Positions 54,100 to 64,000 of a stretch of 64,000 nt of DNA are shown here, piece by piece. The DNA is from an uncultured delta proteobacterium (GTDB lineage Bacteria; Myxococcota_A; Polyangia; Polyangiales; Polyangiaceae). Where the stretch lies: NCBI GenBank assembly GCA_963841435.1, contig CAWJCS010000004.1, positions 1 through 64,000 of the forward strand, written 5' to 3'. Position numbers and translations under genes: made by a program. Under the pieces are notes generated by a model, which ran no database searches, had not been told where the DNA came from, and was given only the letters and a program-made list of their open reading frames with translations. Within the stretch, counting starts at the first letter, position 1, and each line of letters opens with the position of its first letter.

Positions 54100-55428
54100 T
54101 CAGGCGAGCGTGGAAAGCGGGCCCGTGCAGTAGTCCGGCAGGCCGAACGTCGTGGTGTCGACGCCCATCGCGTTGAGGATCGTCACGAGCAAGTCCGTGT
54201 GCGAAGCGCCCGCGGCGTCGAGGTAGCGGCCCGTTTCGAAGTGCCAGCCGCCGCCCATCAGCAAAAACGGCATGTTGGTGTGCGAGTGCACGTTGCCCTC
54301 GGAAACCTCCGAGCACCAGACCAAGAGCGTGTTGTCGGCGGCCGTGCCGTCACCTTCCGGGATGGTGGCGAGTCGATCGTAGAGCCGCGCGATGAGGCCG
54401 CTGTGCCAATTCGCGCGCGCGACGAGCTGTGCGTGCGCGTCCGGATCTTCGGGTGGCATGTGCGACAGCGGATGTCCTTCCCCCAGGCTGTCGAGCCACG
54501 GATAGCGGATGCGATTGAGACCCGTCGAAATTTCGAAACTCGCGACGCGAGACAAGTCACACGCGAAGGCGATCGCGAGCAGGTCGATCTCGAGCGCGGC
54601 GATGGTCGGCATGTCAACCTCGCTCGTCGGGTCGAGCTTGGCCGGCGCGTCGGGCTTGGCGCATTCGACGGCCGCTCCCGAGAGGCGGCGCTCGACGTCA
54701 CGGATGAGCTCGAGGTGCGCGTCGAGGCGTTGCTTGTCCTCGCTCGATACCTTGGTTCCCAAGATCGCGATCTGTTCCTGCACGGAGTCGAGCACGCTCT
54801 TTCTTTCCGCGATCATCGGGTCAACGGGCGGAGCGTTGGGATCATCGGGAACCACGAGATCCTTGAAGATGCGGTTGTAGACATCGAGTGGCTCGAGCAT
54901 GGGCGGCAGCGGCTGGCCCGGCCCCGCGTAGGCGATGCGACCCTGTACGTCGTTTTCCGTGGCGCGCACGCCGAGCTCGAGACTCTTGAACGGCGTGTCG
55001 AGCTGGAGGTTCGCGACGACCTGGTCGATGCTGATGCCATCGGCCCAGCCGGCCTGCGAGCCGCAGCCGTCGACGAACTCGCCGTCTTGGAGCTGCTGGC
55101 CCGTGAAGAGCGTGCCGATGCCGCGCTGGTGCGGCCCACCGGGTCCACCGCTCGCGGTCTTCAGGTCCACGTTCTTCAGTAACGTCAGGCGGTCGCGGTG
55201 AAGCTCGAGCGGGGTGTGGATTTCGTTCAGCACGAAATCCTTCTCGCCGCCCCCCGTGGGCCACCACCCCGAGTGGATCTGCCCGTTCGGCGTGTACATG
55301 GTGACGAGCCGCTTCGGTGCCGCTGCCTGTTGGCCGCGCGCGCTGAGCGACGGCAGGAGCGGGACTGCGACGGCGAGGCCCGATGCGGCCCGCAGAAAGT
55401 GGCGACGGCCGAGGCGCCGACCCTTCAT
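54100..55428 (-). CDS. DUF1552 family protein (Tat-like signal)
   Basis: RRHFLR signal; PKRLV...PNG, SIDQ and SVLD motifs. Confidence 0.85.
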   Translation of the reverse strand: MKGRRLGRRHFLRAASGLAVAVPLLPSLSARGQQAAAPKRLVTMYTPNGQIHSGWWPTGGGEKDFVLNEIHTPLELHRDRLTLLKNVDLKTASGGPGGPHQRGIGTLFTGQQLQDGEFVDGCGSQAGWADGISIDQVVANLQLDTPFKSLELGVRATENDVQGRIAYAGPGQPLPPMLEPLDVYNRIFKDLVVPDDPNAPPVDPMIAERKSVLDSVQEQIAILGTKVSSEDKQRLDAHLELIRDVERRLSGAAVECAKPDAPAKLDPTSEVDMPTIAALEIDLLAIAFACDLSRVASFEISTGLNRIRYPWLDSLGEGHPLSHMPPEDPDAHAQLVARANWHSGLIARLYDRLATIPEGDGTAADNTLLVWCSEVSEGNVHSHTNMPFLLMGGGWHFETGRYLDAAGASHTDLLVTILNAMGVDTTTFGLPDYCTGPLSTLA

Positions 55429-57170
55429 GGCGCCCCCATGGCGGGCCGATAGCGGAACGCGTCGGAGAGCACGATGCCGACCAAGAGCTCGCGGAACTTT
55501 CCGTTGCTCTCCTTGAAACGCTCCTTTACGTCGTCGAGGCTGCAGGTGTCCGCTTGGTCCTCGACTCGGCCCATCGCGTAGCGATACCACTGCGTGGCCA
55601 GGCAGTCTCGCACCCGACCCGAGGCGGCGAGGCGCATCGCGAGATCCGAGGCACCGGCGATGGGTCCGTCGAGCTCGGGGTCGTTCGTGTCGATGACCTC
55701 GCCGGAGGTGTCGATGGTGAGCCCATTTTCCGTGGCGCGGTAGCGGCCGAGCTGATCGTACGCCTCGAATCCGAACCCGATGCCGTCGATGAGCTCGTGG
55801 CACCCCGCGCAACTGGGGTCGGCCGTGTGCTGACGGAAGCGCTCGCGCGTCGTCGCCGTGGGATCGACGGCCGGCGGGTTGGCGTTCACGTTGGGGGGCG
55901 GCGGCTCCACCTCGACGCACATGATGTGCTCCCTCACGAATGCCCCGCGCAAAACGGGTGCCGACTGATCGGCGTGGGCGAGCACGGCCATGAGAGCGGG
56001 CTGCGTGAGAATGCCCGTGCGCTCGCCCGGTTGGGATACGGCGACGACGCCCGACGCGGGCGCTGGGGAGACGCCGTAGAGCGGGGCGAGCGCGGGCGTC
56101 ACGTAGATGGTCGGGGACGTGAAGAGCGCCGCGACGTCGCCCTGAGCCCAGATCGCGTCGTCGAGAAAGGCGGACAGCGACGTCTTCCAGTCGCCGACGA
56201 AGTCGGTGGGGCCGGCGTTCACGTCGGGCGCCTGGCGGGCGGCGCCGTCGAGGCGGCCGATGCCGAGCCACTGCTGCATGAAGTCGGAGGCCATCGCGTG
56301 CGCGCGCGGGCTCGCGAGCAAGCGCGTGACCTGGGCCTCGAGCTCGGCGTCGGTCGAGAGCGTACCCGCATCGGCAGCCGCGAGCAGCTCCGCGTCGGGC
56401 GTCGAGTTCGTGAGGAAGAACGCGAGGCGCGCCCCGAGCTCGTGCGGGGCGAGCATCACGGCGCCGGTTTCTGCCGTCGGCGCGCGGTACGCGTCGACGC
56501 GGTAGAGGAACTGAGGCGACTGCAAAATCGCCCGCAGCGTGAGCTCGACGGCCTTGGCGTAGCCCTGGGGCAGCGTCGCAATGAACAGCCGGTCGAAGAC
56601 GCCGATCTCGTCCGTGTCGAGCGGCCGCCGGAAGGCGCGTTCGCCGAAGGACGCGACGAAGTCGTGTCCGCAGGCTTCGCTGCCGGCGGTGTCCGCGCAA
56701 GGGGCGAGCCCCGCGAGATCGTTCGTCACGGCCGTCAGGGCGAGGGTCTCGGCGGCTGCCTGGTAGGCCTCGACGAGGCGCGGGTTCACCTTGTTCGCGG
56801 CGACGTTGTTGCGAAACCCCGCGACCTCGTTTTCGGCCGGGAACGCCGACGACGGGGCCGAGGTATCGCCCAGCAGATCGGCCACGGCATTGTCGTACTG
56901 CACGTGCGTGAGGAGCCGGATCGGCGCGGCCCCCGGCGCCGTGTCGCCACAGCTCACGACCGGCGCTCCCGCGCTGCCGCCGGCTCCGCCGCCGGCTGCT
57001 CCCGCGCCGCCCGCCCCGGCGCCACCCGCCCCGGCGCCGCCCGGTGGCATCACGGCTCCCGCGCTACCGCCTTGACCCGCGACCGCGGGGCTCGGTGGCG
57101 CGGGACTCGGCGTCGCACAGGACAGGGCCCCGAGCGCGAGGGTCCCAACGAGACGGTGGCTGACACGCAT
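55425..57170 (-). CDS. DUF1592/DUF1588-type lipoprotein
   Basis: RLLT..QYDNAV.DL, LQSPQFLYR, RTGILT and CxxCH (CAGCH) motifs; translationally coupled to the DUF1552 gene. Confidence 0.85.
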   Translation of the reverse strand: MRVSHRLVGTLALGALSCATPSPAPPSPAVAGQGGSAGAVMPPGGAGAGGAGAGGAGAAGGGAGGSAGAPVVSCGDTAPGAAPIRLLTHVQYDNAVADLLGDTSAPSSAFPAENEVAGFRNNVAANKVNPRLVEAYQAAAETLALTAVTNDLAGLAPCADTAGSEACGHDFVASFGERAFRRPLDTDEIGVFDRLFIATLPQGYAKAVELTLRAILQSPQFLYRVDAYRAPTAETGAVMLAPHELGARLAFFLTNSTPDAELLAAADAGTLSTDAELEAQVTRLLASPRAHAMASDFMQQWLGIGRLDGAARQAPDVNAGPTDFVGDWKTSLSAFLDDAIWAQGDVAALFTSPTIYVTPALAPLYGVSPAPASGVVAVSQPGERTGILTQPALMAVLAHADQSAPVLRGAFVREHIMCVEVEPPPPNVNANPPAVDPTATTRERFRQHTADPSCAGCHELIDGIGFGFEAYDQLGRYRATENGLTIDTSGEVIDTNDPELDGPIAGASDLAMRLAASGRVRDCLATQWYRYAMGRVEDQADTCSLDDVKERFKESNGKFRELLVGIVLSDAFRYRPAMGAP

Positions 57171-57417
57171 GGCGGCTCGGAGGGCGAGAAGCCCTCTCAG
57201 CGTGCCCCGGGCTCGGGGGGCCGTCAAACCCCTCGGTCCTTCCGCGCGGTGCACCGTTCCGAACGCCTGCCCCGCGACGTTCGCCTGCTGCCCGACGCCA
57301 TGCCTTTCAGTGGGGCGACTCGCTGCGAGCGGCTCACAGCAACGGTGTGACTTTCGCCGCGCGGACGAACGGCGACAGGCACGGTCGTGGTAGGCTTCGG
57401 CGCGGAGGCAATCCATC

Positions 57418-57645
57418 ATGCACCGCACCGTCACCTTCCTGCTCGTCGGCCTGGTCTCGGGTTTTGCCCTCACCGGGTGTCCCGACAAGAAGGCCGAGAA
57501 GGAGCCGCCGGCGGTCGAGGACGATCCCGCGACGGCCGAGGACCAGGGGGCCGATGACGATCAAGCGGACGAGGAAGCGGCCGATCAAAAGAAGCCGGAC
57601 CCGAAGAAAGCAGACAGCGACGACAAGGACGAGGGCGGCTGGTAG
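57418..57645 (+). CDS. Small acidic lipoprotein
   Basis: GGAGG Shine-Dalgarno; lipobox LTGC. Confidence 0.75.
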   Translation: MHRTVTFLLVGLVSGFALTGCPDKKAEKEPPAVEDDPATAEDQGADDDQADEEAADQKKPDPKKADSDDKDEGGW

Positions 57646-57714
57646 GCGGCCGCGCGCGCGCGGCGGGAGCGGAACCGGGGAGCGCCGGGCGGGGCATGCT
57701 ATAGACGCGGCCCC

Positions 57715-59353
57715 GTGAGCGACGCGACCGTGATGGACAAGAATCGTCTCCCTCTGCAAAAGGAGGGGTTTCGTCTATCCAGCGAGCGAGATCTACGGCG
57801 GCATCAACGGCTTCTGGGACTACGGGCCGCTCGGTGTCCTGCTGAAGAACAACATTCGCGATTCGTGGTGGCGGGCAATGGTCAAGTGTCCACCACTCGG
57901 CCCGGACGGGCACCCCGTGGACGTGGTGGGTCTCGACTCGTCGATCATCCAGCACCCCAAGACCTGGGTCGCGAGCGGGCATGTCGGTGGGTTCAGCGAC
58001 CCGATGAGCACCTGCCGGCAGTGCAAGCGCCTGTTCCGGTCGGACCACGTGCGCGACATGTTGCGCGAGGCCGAATGGGTCAAATCGTTCTCGGAGGCTC
58101 TCGGCGGTGACGCCGAGAGCGCGCCTTTCGACGCGGGGCAAGCGAGGCAGTGGGCCGAGCGCAAGGGCAAGAAGCTCGCGCCCGGGCTCGCGCTCGTGCG
58201 TCAGACGGCGCCCACGCTCGAGCACCTCTCGCGGGATCTCGCTGCCGGGTCGGTCGTGAAGCTCGAGCGGCTGCTCGCCCTCGCGGCGAGCCCGACGCCC
58301 GGCGCCACGGAGGTGCCCTGCCCGGCGTGCGGCGGTGATCTCACGGAGCCGAGGCAGTTCAACCTGATGTTCGAGTCCCACGCGGGCGCCGTGAAGGACG
58401 AGGCGAACAAGGTCTATCTGCGCCCCGAAACCGCCCAGGGCATCTTCCTCAACTACAAGAACGTCCTCGACACCTCGCGCGTGAAGATCCCGTTCGGCGT
58501 CGCGCAGATCGGCAAGAGCTTCCGCAACGAGGTGACGCCGCGCAATTTCGTGTTCCGATCGCGCGAGTTCGAGCAGATGGAGATGGAGTGGTTCTGCCAC
58601 CCCGACGAAGCCAAGGATTGGTACGAGTTCTGGAAGGCCGAGCGAATGCGTTGGTGGCGCTCGCTCGGCGTGTCCGAGCAAAACCTGCGCTTCCGCGATC
58701 ACGAAGAGGACGAGCTCTCGCACTACTCGAAGATGACGGTCGATATCGAATACCGTTATCCGTTCACGGCTCCGGAATACGGTGAGCTCGAAGGTATCGC
58801 GCATCGCGGCAGCTTCGACCTCACGCAGCATCAGTCGCACTCCGGGCAGAAGCTCGAGTACTTCGACCAAGAGCTGCAGCTCAGGCTCAAGGCCGAGGGC
58901 CGGCCGGAGGAAGAGATCAAGGCGCGTAGCCGCTACCTGCCGAACGTCATCGAGCCGGCTTCGGGGCTCACGCGCGCGCTACTCGTGCTTCTGTGCGAGG
59001 GATACGCCGAGGACGCGTCGCGAGCGAGCCCCGTGTACCTGCGCTTCGACCCCAAGATGGCGCCGATCAAGTGCGGCATCTTTCCGCTCGTCAACAAGGA
59101 CGGCCTGCCCGAGATCGCGGAGAAGCTCTACCTCGAGCTGCGCGGGCGCTTCGCATGCGAGTACGACGCCAAACAGTCGATCGGCAAGCGCTACGCTCGC
59201 ATGGACGAGATCGGGACACCGTTCTGCGTCACCATTGACGGGCAAACGCGCGAGGACGGCAGCGTCACGCTGCGGCACCGTGACACGGCCGCCCAGGAGC
59301 GCGTCGCCATCGACCGCATCCCCGCGCTGCTCGCCGACAAGCTCCTCGACTAA
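57715..59353 (+). CDS. glyQS: Glycine--tRNA ligase (homodimeric type); +1 frameshift near 57742
   Basis: MSDATVMDK / IVSLCKRRGF...YGPLG, LRPETAQG, FRNEVTP and IGKRYARMDEIG motifs. Confidence 0.95.
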
Positions 59354-59412
59354 GTCCAGCACTCACGCCGGACCAGAGCTGCTCCGGCCAAAAGCTGCGG
59401 AGTCATGGCCCG

Positions 59413-60627
59413 TCAGGCGAAGCGCCGCGTGAGCGGTGCGGCGCCGAGCGCGACCGCGAGGCTCGTCGCGAGGAAGGCGACCTCGTAGCCCACGGCGCCC
59501 ACGAGCCAGCCGCCGACCCACACCGTGACGAAGGCGCCGGAGCAGAACAGCGCGTAGAGGCGCGCGAGCGCCGAAGGCGCGCGTGCGCGTGCCGAGCGTT
59601 CGACCGCCAGTGCGGACAGCGCCGGCCAGACGAGGCCGTGCGCCACGCCGAAGCCGAGCCCCAGGACGAACATCCCACCGGGCCTGAGCGCGGCGGCGCC
59701 GGCCGTGACGAACGCGTAGAGCATCAACGCGACCAGCGCGGACTGTTGCCTCCCGAAGCGATCGACCAGGCCACCGAGTCCCACGCGCACGATCAGCACG
59801 GTCACCGTGTACCCGACGAACAGCGCCGCGACGTTCTGGCCGCCGAGCGACAAGGCGTACGGCTGCGTGAACGTCGAGATCATCCCGAAGCCGACGCCGG
59901 CGGCGAAGGCGCCCGCGCCGATGGCGCGCCAACCCGAAGCATCCGCTGATTTGCGTTCGACGGGGCCGGCGAGCGAGCTTGAGGGGCTGGGCGCGCTCGA
60001 CCGTGCGTTCGGTAGCGCGAGCGCGACGGCGACCCCCGCGAGCGCAATGGAGCCTGCGACCTGGAACGCCACGCGCCAGCCCCAGCTTCCGGCGAGGTAC
60101 TCCGTCGCCGCGGGGCCCGCGGCGTTCATCACGAGCGAGGCCGAGCTCGCCGTGCCGAAGGCGCGACCGTGCCGCTCCGCGGGTGCGAACAGCGTGACGA
60201 ACGCTCCCGTGCTGCCCATGATCGCGGCGCTCGCCACGCCGTGCAGCGCGCGCAGTCCGTAGATGAACGGCCCCATCTCCGTCGTCCGCGCGAAGAGCAG
60301 CGTTGCGACGGCGAGCAGCCCCGTGCCGGCTATCATGACGAAGCGCGCGCCACCTCGATCGAGCGCTCGCCCGACGACGGGAGTCGCCGCCACGACGGCG
60401 ATGCCCGTGCACGCAGCGAGGGCGCCGATCTCGCGCGGCGTCGCGTGCAAGCTCGTGACCGCGTACTTGGGCGCCACGAGTAGCGCCGAGAAGGCGTAGC
60501 CGAAGGTCGATTGGACCAAAAGCAGCCGACGAAAGCGCGGATCGGCCCACTCGGTGCGGGCGCGTCCGAAGCTCGCGCTCGCGTCGGCCGCGGACGAAAA
60601 GGGGCTCGAAGGGGTGGGGGCGTTCAT
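59413..60627 (-). CDS. MFS transporter
   Basis: About 12 TM segments; G.ALDRGG.R and GLVDRFGR motifs. Confidence 0.9.
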   Translation of the reverse strand: MNAPTPSSPFSSAADASASFGRARTEWADPRFRRLLLVQSTFGYAFSALLVAPKYAVTSLHATPREIGALAACTGIAVVAATPVVGRALDRGGARFVMIAGTGLLAVATLLFARTTEMGPFIYGLRALHGVASAAIMGSTGAFVTLFAPAERHGRAFGTASSASLVMNAAGPAATEYLAGSWGWRVAFQVAGSIALAGVAVALALPNARSSAPSPSSSLAGPVERKSADASGWRAIGAGAFAAGVGFGMISTFTQPYALSLGGQNVAALFVGYTVTVLIVRVGLGGLVDRFGRQQSALVALMLYAFVTAGAAALRPGGMFVLGLGFGVAHGLVWPALSALAVERSARARAPSALARLYALFCSGAFVTVWVGGWLVGAVGYEVAFLATSLAVALGAAPLTRRFA

Positions 60628-60631
60628 CTGG

Positions 60632-60808
60632 CTCCGGGAAGCCAGGTGATCGGAGGGGTTCAGGATCCAGCGACGCTGCCCTTCCGACCGCCTGGCGGGG
60701 AGGGCTGCGTCTCGTCTATCGGATCAGCGTGACGTCGAGCCCATGCCCACCGGTCGGACCGGAATCCAAAGCTTGTGGGCGCAGGTGCTCGTCGACACGG
60801 AAAACCTG
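60632..60808 (-). ncRNA. Candidate structured sRNA or 5' leader
   Basis: Two long hairpins between a putative promoter and the MFS start codon. Confidence 0.45.
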
Positions 60809-60813
60809 TGGGG

Positions 60814-60842
60814 GCTATAGCGCCCACCTGATGAGTCGTCAA
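60814..60842 (-). promoter_or_regulatory. Putative sigma70 promoter
   Basis: TTGACG, 17-bp spacer, TATAGC. Confidence 0.55.
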
Positions 60843-60978
60843 CGCCCGCCATGGAGCTCGGACGAGGCAAATCCTTTGCGGGTGCGTTTTTCGGGCGTGC
60901 CCGTCGTCTCTCGCCATGCCGCTGAAGCTCGCGGGACTGAGCCATTTATCCTAGTCTCCGCTACCGAACGTGTTTGCC

Positions 60979-62010
60979 ATGCGCCGCTTCGAGCTTCGCT
61001 TCTTCCTACTCGCTTCGAGCCTCGGCCCCTCCGCATTCGCGCAGACGCCGCCGACAGCCGGTTTTCCCGTCGAGCGCGCGGGCAGCGCCGCGCCCCCCGC
61101 AGCGCCCGCGCCCTCGCCGCCGAGCGCGTCGCCCGCGCCGGCAGCGCCGCCGCCGAACGCTCCGCCGGCCCCGGCGTCCCCACCGCCGACTGCAGCGCCT
61201 CCGAGCGCGACGGCGCCTGCGCCCGCCGCGCCCGTCGCACCGAGCGCTGCACCCGCCGCACCGAGCGCCGCACCACCCGCTGCGCCGTCATCGGTTGCAC
61301 CTCCACCTGCTGCGCCCCCGCTCGCTGCGGCTCCACTCGCCGCGGCGCCGACCGCGGGGTCACCCGCTGCCCCCGCACCGGCTGCAAGTGAGGTGCCCGC
61401 CGAAGAACCGTCCGAGTCTGCACACCAGCTGGTCCTCGTCGAGATCCGCTTCGAGGACGAGCCGGGCTGGTCCGTGGGGCTCGAAGGGTTCGTCGGGCTC
61501 GCGTCGCTGTTCGGTACCGATACGCGTGGCGCCTACTCGCTTGCGGGCGGCGCGCTGCGCGGACGCTACCGGTTCATCGAGCTCGGACCGTATTTCGAGG
61601 CGACCGACACGCTCTCGGGGGGCGGGCACTGGAAGAGCTTCGGTGCGTATGCCGGCGCGTATCTGCCCTACCAAAACTGGGTCGATTTCCAGATCGGTGC
61701 TCGCCTCGGCAGCCGGGTCTATTCAGACTCCGACACGCGGTACGGGGTCGATGGCTACAAGCTCGGGGGCGCTGCGCTCGGCTTGGTTCTCGGCGTGTCG
61801 GACCGCGCCAAGAGTGGGCTCTTTGGGGGACGCGTCGGCAGCCAGCTGGTCACGACCTACGACTTGAAGCAGCGGGACCGCGACTGGCGACTCGAATCGG
61901 CGGATCCCGACACGGGCGTCGCGGTGGTCACGACGGGGACCACGCACGTAGGTGGCTTCTCCGCGGCGCTGTTCGTCACCGTGGCGCTCGACGTTGGCGA
62001 AGGCCCCTGA
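60979..62010 (+). CDS. Secreted Pro/Ala-rich protein with probable beta-barrel C-terminus
   Basis: Signal peptide (AFA|Q), Pro/Ala-rich linker, amphipathic strands. Confidence 0.75.
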   Translation: MRRFELRFFLLASSLGPSAFAQTPPTAGFPVERAGSAAPPAAPAPSPPSASPAPAAPPPNAPPAPASPPPTAAPPSATAPAPAAPVAPSAAPAAPSAAPPAAPSSVAPPPAAPPLAAAPLAAAPTAGSPAAPAPAASEVPAEEPSESAHQLVLVEIRFEDEPGWSVGLEGFVGLASLFGTDTRGAYSLAGGALRGRYRFIELGPYFEATDTLSGGGHWKSFGAYAGAYLPYQNWVDFQIGARLGSRVYSDSDTRYGVDGYKLGGAALGLVLGVSDRAKSGLFGGRVGSQLVTTYDLKQRDRDWRLESADPDTGVAVVTTGTTHVGGFSAALFVTVALDVGEGP

Positions 62011-62045
62011 GTCCCCCGTCGCTCCGTGCTTCGAGACGCCCGCGC

Positions 62046-63152
62046 TCAGGGCGCGATCGTGATGACGAGCTCGTGCGTGCGCGGCTCGGATTGTTCGCTG
62101 AAACGAACGAATTCGGGCTGATTCTGTCCGCTCCACGTCGCCATGTGCAGGCCCACCGCGAAGGGGGCCCCGCGCGCCGCGAAGATGTCGCTCGCGGCGG
62201 TGCCGGAGAGCGGCACATCGACGACCGTGCCGACGTTCGCGCCCGCCAGGCTGAACATCGCGTACACCGTGCCGCTCAGAAGGTCGGCGTAGACGACCTG
62301 GCCGCTCGGACCCATGCCGTCCGACGCCACGGTCGTCACGTTGGAGCTCACGTCGAACACGCCGAGCGCCTCCGACGCGTCGCCGCTCGTGTAGTTCTCG
62401 AGCTCGAGTCGCAGTTTCACGGCCGTGATCGTGCCGGACAGCGGGGGGATCGAGAAGACGAAGTAGCTATTGTAATCGTTTGCCGTCCCGCAGGAGCAGT
62501 TGCCCGTCAGCGTGTTCTTGTTGAAGGCTTCGTGGCGGCCCGTGTTGTCCCACCAACCGCGGTCGATGGCGCCGAGCGTGAGCACGCCGGATTCGCAGTT
62601 GACCCCGCCGAGCCCCGGCGGGCAGGAGCAGCCGAAATCCACGCCGAGGGGGACGCAGGCGCCACCGTTGAGGCAGGGGTTCGGGTCGCAAGGATCTTCC
62701 GGGGCGCCTGCCGCGCCACCCTCTTCGATGATGCCCGCCGCACCGCCCGGCGGCATGCCACCTCGGCCGCCGAAGCGTCCGCCGGCCCCCGCGCCGCCGA
62801 CACCCACGCCGCCGCCGACACCCCGCCCGCCGAAGCCGGTACCCGCCGTCGGGCCTCCGCCCGTGCCTGCCACGGGAAAGCCGCCCGTCGCGCCGACGCC
62901 GCCCGTCGCGCCGACGCCGCCCGTCGTGATGACGGTGCCCCCGACGCCGCCGACGCCGCCCACCATCGAGGCGCCGCCGGTGCCGCCGCTTTGCGGGAAG
63001 CCGCCCGTGGCCCCCGAGCCGGTCGCGCCGCCCGCACCTCCTTCACCCGCCTGGGGCTCCCCGTCGAGCGAAATGGAGCGTCCGCCGCACGCACCGGCCA
63101 GGGCGATCGCGCTGCCGATCCAGGTCAGCCCTCGAGCGTGCGGCACCACCAA
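62046..63152 (-). CDS. Lipoprotein with Gly-rich linker and EGF-like domain
   Basis: Lipobox AGAC; CDPNPCLNGGAC...CSCPPGLGGVNC. Confidence 0.85.
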   Translation of the reverse strand: MVVPHARGLTWIGSAIALAGACGGRSISLDGEPQAGEGGAGGATGSGATGGFPQSGGTGGASMVGGVGGVGGTVITTGGVGATGGVGATGGFPVAGTGGGPTAGTGFGGRGVGGGVGVGGAGAGGRFGGRGGMPPGGAAGIIEEGGAAGAPEDPCDPNPCLNGGACVPLGVDFGCSCPPGLGGVNCESGVLTLGAIDRGWWDNTGRHEAFNKNTLTGNCSCGTANDYNSYFVFSIPPLSGTITAVKLRLELENYTSGDASEALGVFDVSSNVTTVASDGMGPSGQVVYADLLSGTVYAMFSLAGANVGTVVDVPLSGTAASDIFAARGAPFAVGLHMATWSGQNQPEFVRFSEQSEPRTHELVITIAP

Positions 63153-63211
63153 GCGAGCTCACTCTTACCCTTCCTTGGGGAGCGGTCAAGCTGCGCGCTT
63201 TCGCCGCCTCG

Positions 63212-64000
63212 TCAAATCGAGTCGCGCCGTTTGAGGATGACGAGAATCGCAACGAAGGTGACGAGCATCATGAAAGCGAGCACGACCGGGGGCAGCCAGG
63301 TCTTCTGGTAGTCGACGAAACCCCAGGCACCGTTGAAGTCGGTGCTCGCGAGCTGCGCCTCCGCACAGTGGAATTTCCCTCCGAACACGAACTGATCGGC
63401 GGCGTTCAGGTCGGGTCGTTTGAGATCGAGCACCCAGGCGGTGTTGGCGGCGACCGCCATGCGCTCCTGGGCGACGAGGCCCTGAAAGCCCCAGCGTGCC
63501 GGCATCAGCATCATCGGGAACTCCAGCATGGAGTTCGTGGTCATGGGCACCATGAGGCCGCCGAGCACCACCTGGGGAATCAGCGCGATGGGCGTGAGCG
63601 CCATGGCGGCTTCGCTGCTCGAGACCAGCGTGCTCAGCAAGAGACCGGTGGCGACCGAGTTCATCGCCACGACGACGAGCGTCAGAAGCTCGATGCCGAA
63701 CGCCTGCAGCCCCCCGTTGTAGCCGAGCGAGAAGAACACGATCGCCAGCAGCACCGAGCACTGGATGAGGCAGAAGAGGCTCAGCAGCAAAAACTTCGAA
63801 AAGACGTAGTTGAAGAGCCTGAGGTTCACCATGCGCTCGCGCTTGTAGATCCCGACCTCGCTCACGATCTCGCGGGCTGCGTTGCTGGTTCCGAACCAGA
63901 CGGCCGCGACGACGAGAAAGAAGATCGAGCCGGCGTTGTCGGGCGTGACGGCCATGTTCTTCAGCAGATCCAAGCCTTGGCCGCCGCCTTGCGACTTGCT
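63212..64000 (-). CDS. ABC-2 type transporter permease region (5' part outside the window)
   Basis: NAAREIVSE..IYKRER and PQVVLGG motifs. Confidence 0.85.
   Translation of the reverse strand, partial: SKSQGGGQGLDLLKNMAVTPDNAGSIFFLVVAAVWFGTSNAAREIVSEVGIYKRERMVNLRLFNYVFSKFLLLSLFCLIQCSVLLAIVFFSLGYNGGLQAFGIELLTLVVVAMNSVATGLLLSTLVSSSEAAMALTPIALIPQVVLGGLMVPMTTNSMLEFPMMLMPARWGFQGLVAQERMAVAANTAWVLDLKRPDLNAADQFVFGGKFHCAEAQLASTDFNGAWGFVDYQKTWLPPVVLAFMMLVTFVAILVILKRRDSI

Noticed and set aside
60798-60870. Hammerhead ribozyme (CTGATGAG) or tRNA-Ala start (GGGGCTATAGC)
   Set aside because: There is no correctly placed GAAA or stem III and no cloverleaf. The sequence is better explained as a minus-strand promoter.

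Overview
High-GC bacterial chromosome segment. The gene content (MYXO-CTERM protein, Ser/Thr kinases, Cys/Gly-rich lipoproteins, DUF1552/DUF1592 pair, PilT paralog) points to a myxobacterium, probably Polyangiaceae/Sorangiineae-like; this is inference. Most of the window is core or housekeeping genes: glgP, dtd, argJ, metK, glnA, glnB, ruvB, pilT, ftsH and glyQS. Four non-coding or accessory elements stand out. (1) A ~1.7 kb interval (about 48353-50058) with no credible ORF. It is bracketed on the minus strand by a sigma70-type promoter and an intrinsic terminator and contains many nested long-range helices and GNRA/UNCG tetraloops. It is a candidate giant structured non-coding RNA that I cannot assign to a known class. 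(2) A tandem array of ~129-bp units at the 3' end of tRNA-Thr(CGT); each unit carries sense and antisense copies of the tRNA T-arm. (3) A ~180-nt structured RNA or leader upstream of an MFS gene. (4) The edge of an island at tRNA-Arg(CCT), with an integrase remnant and a class II Fic gene. Several frameshifts, one of them in glyQS, and recurrent C>T/G>A changes at GTCGAC/CGATC sites suggest long-read consensus errors, so pseudogene calls are uncertain.
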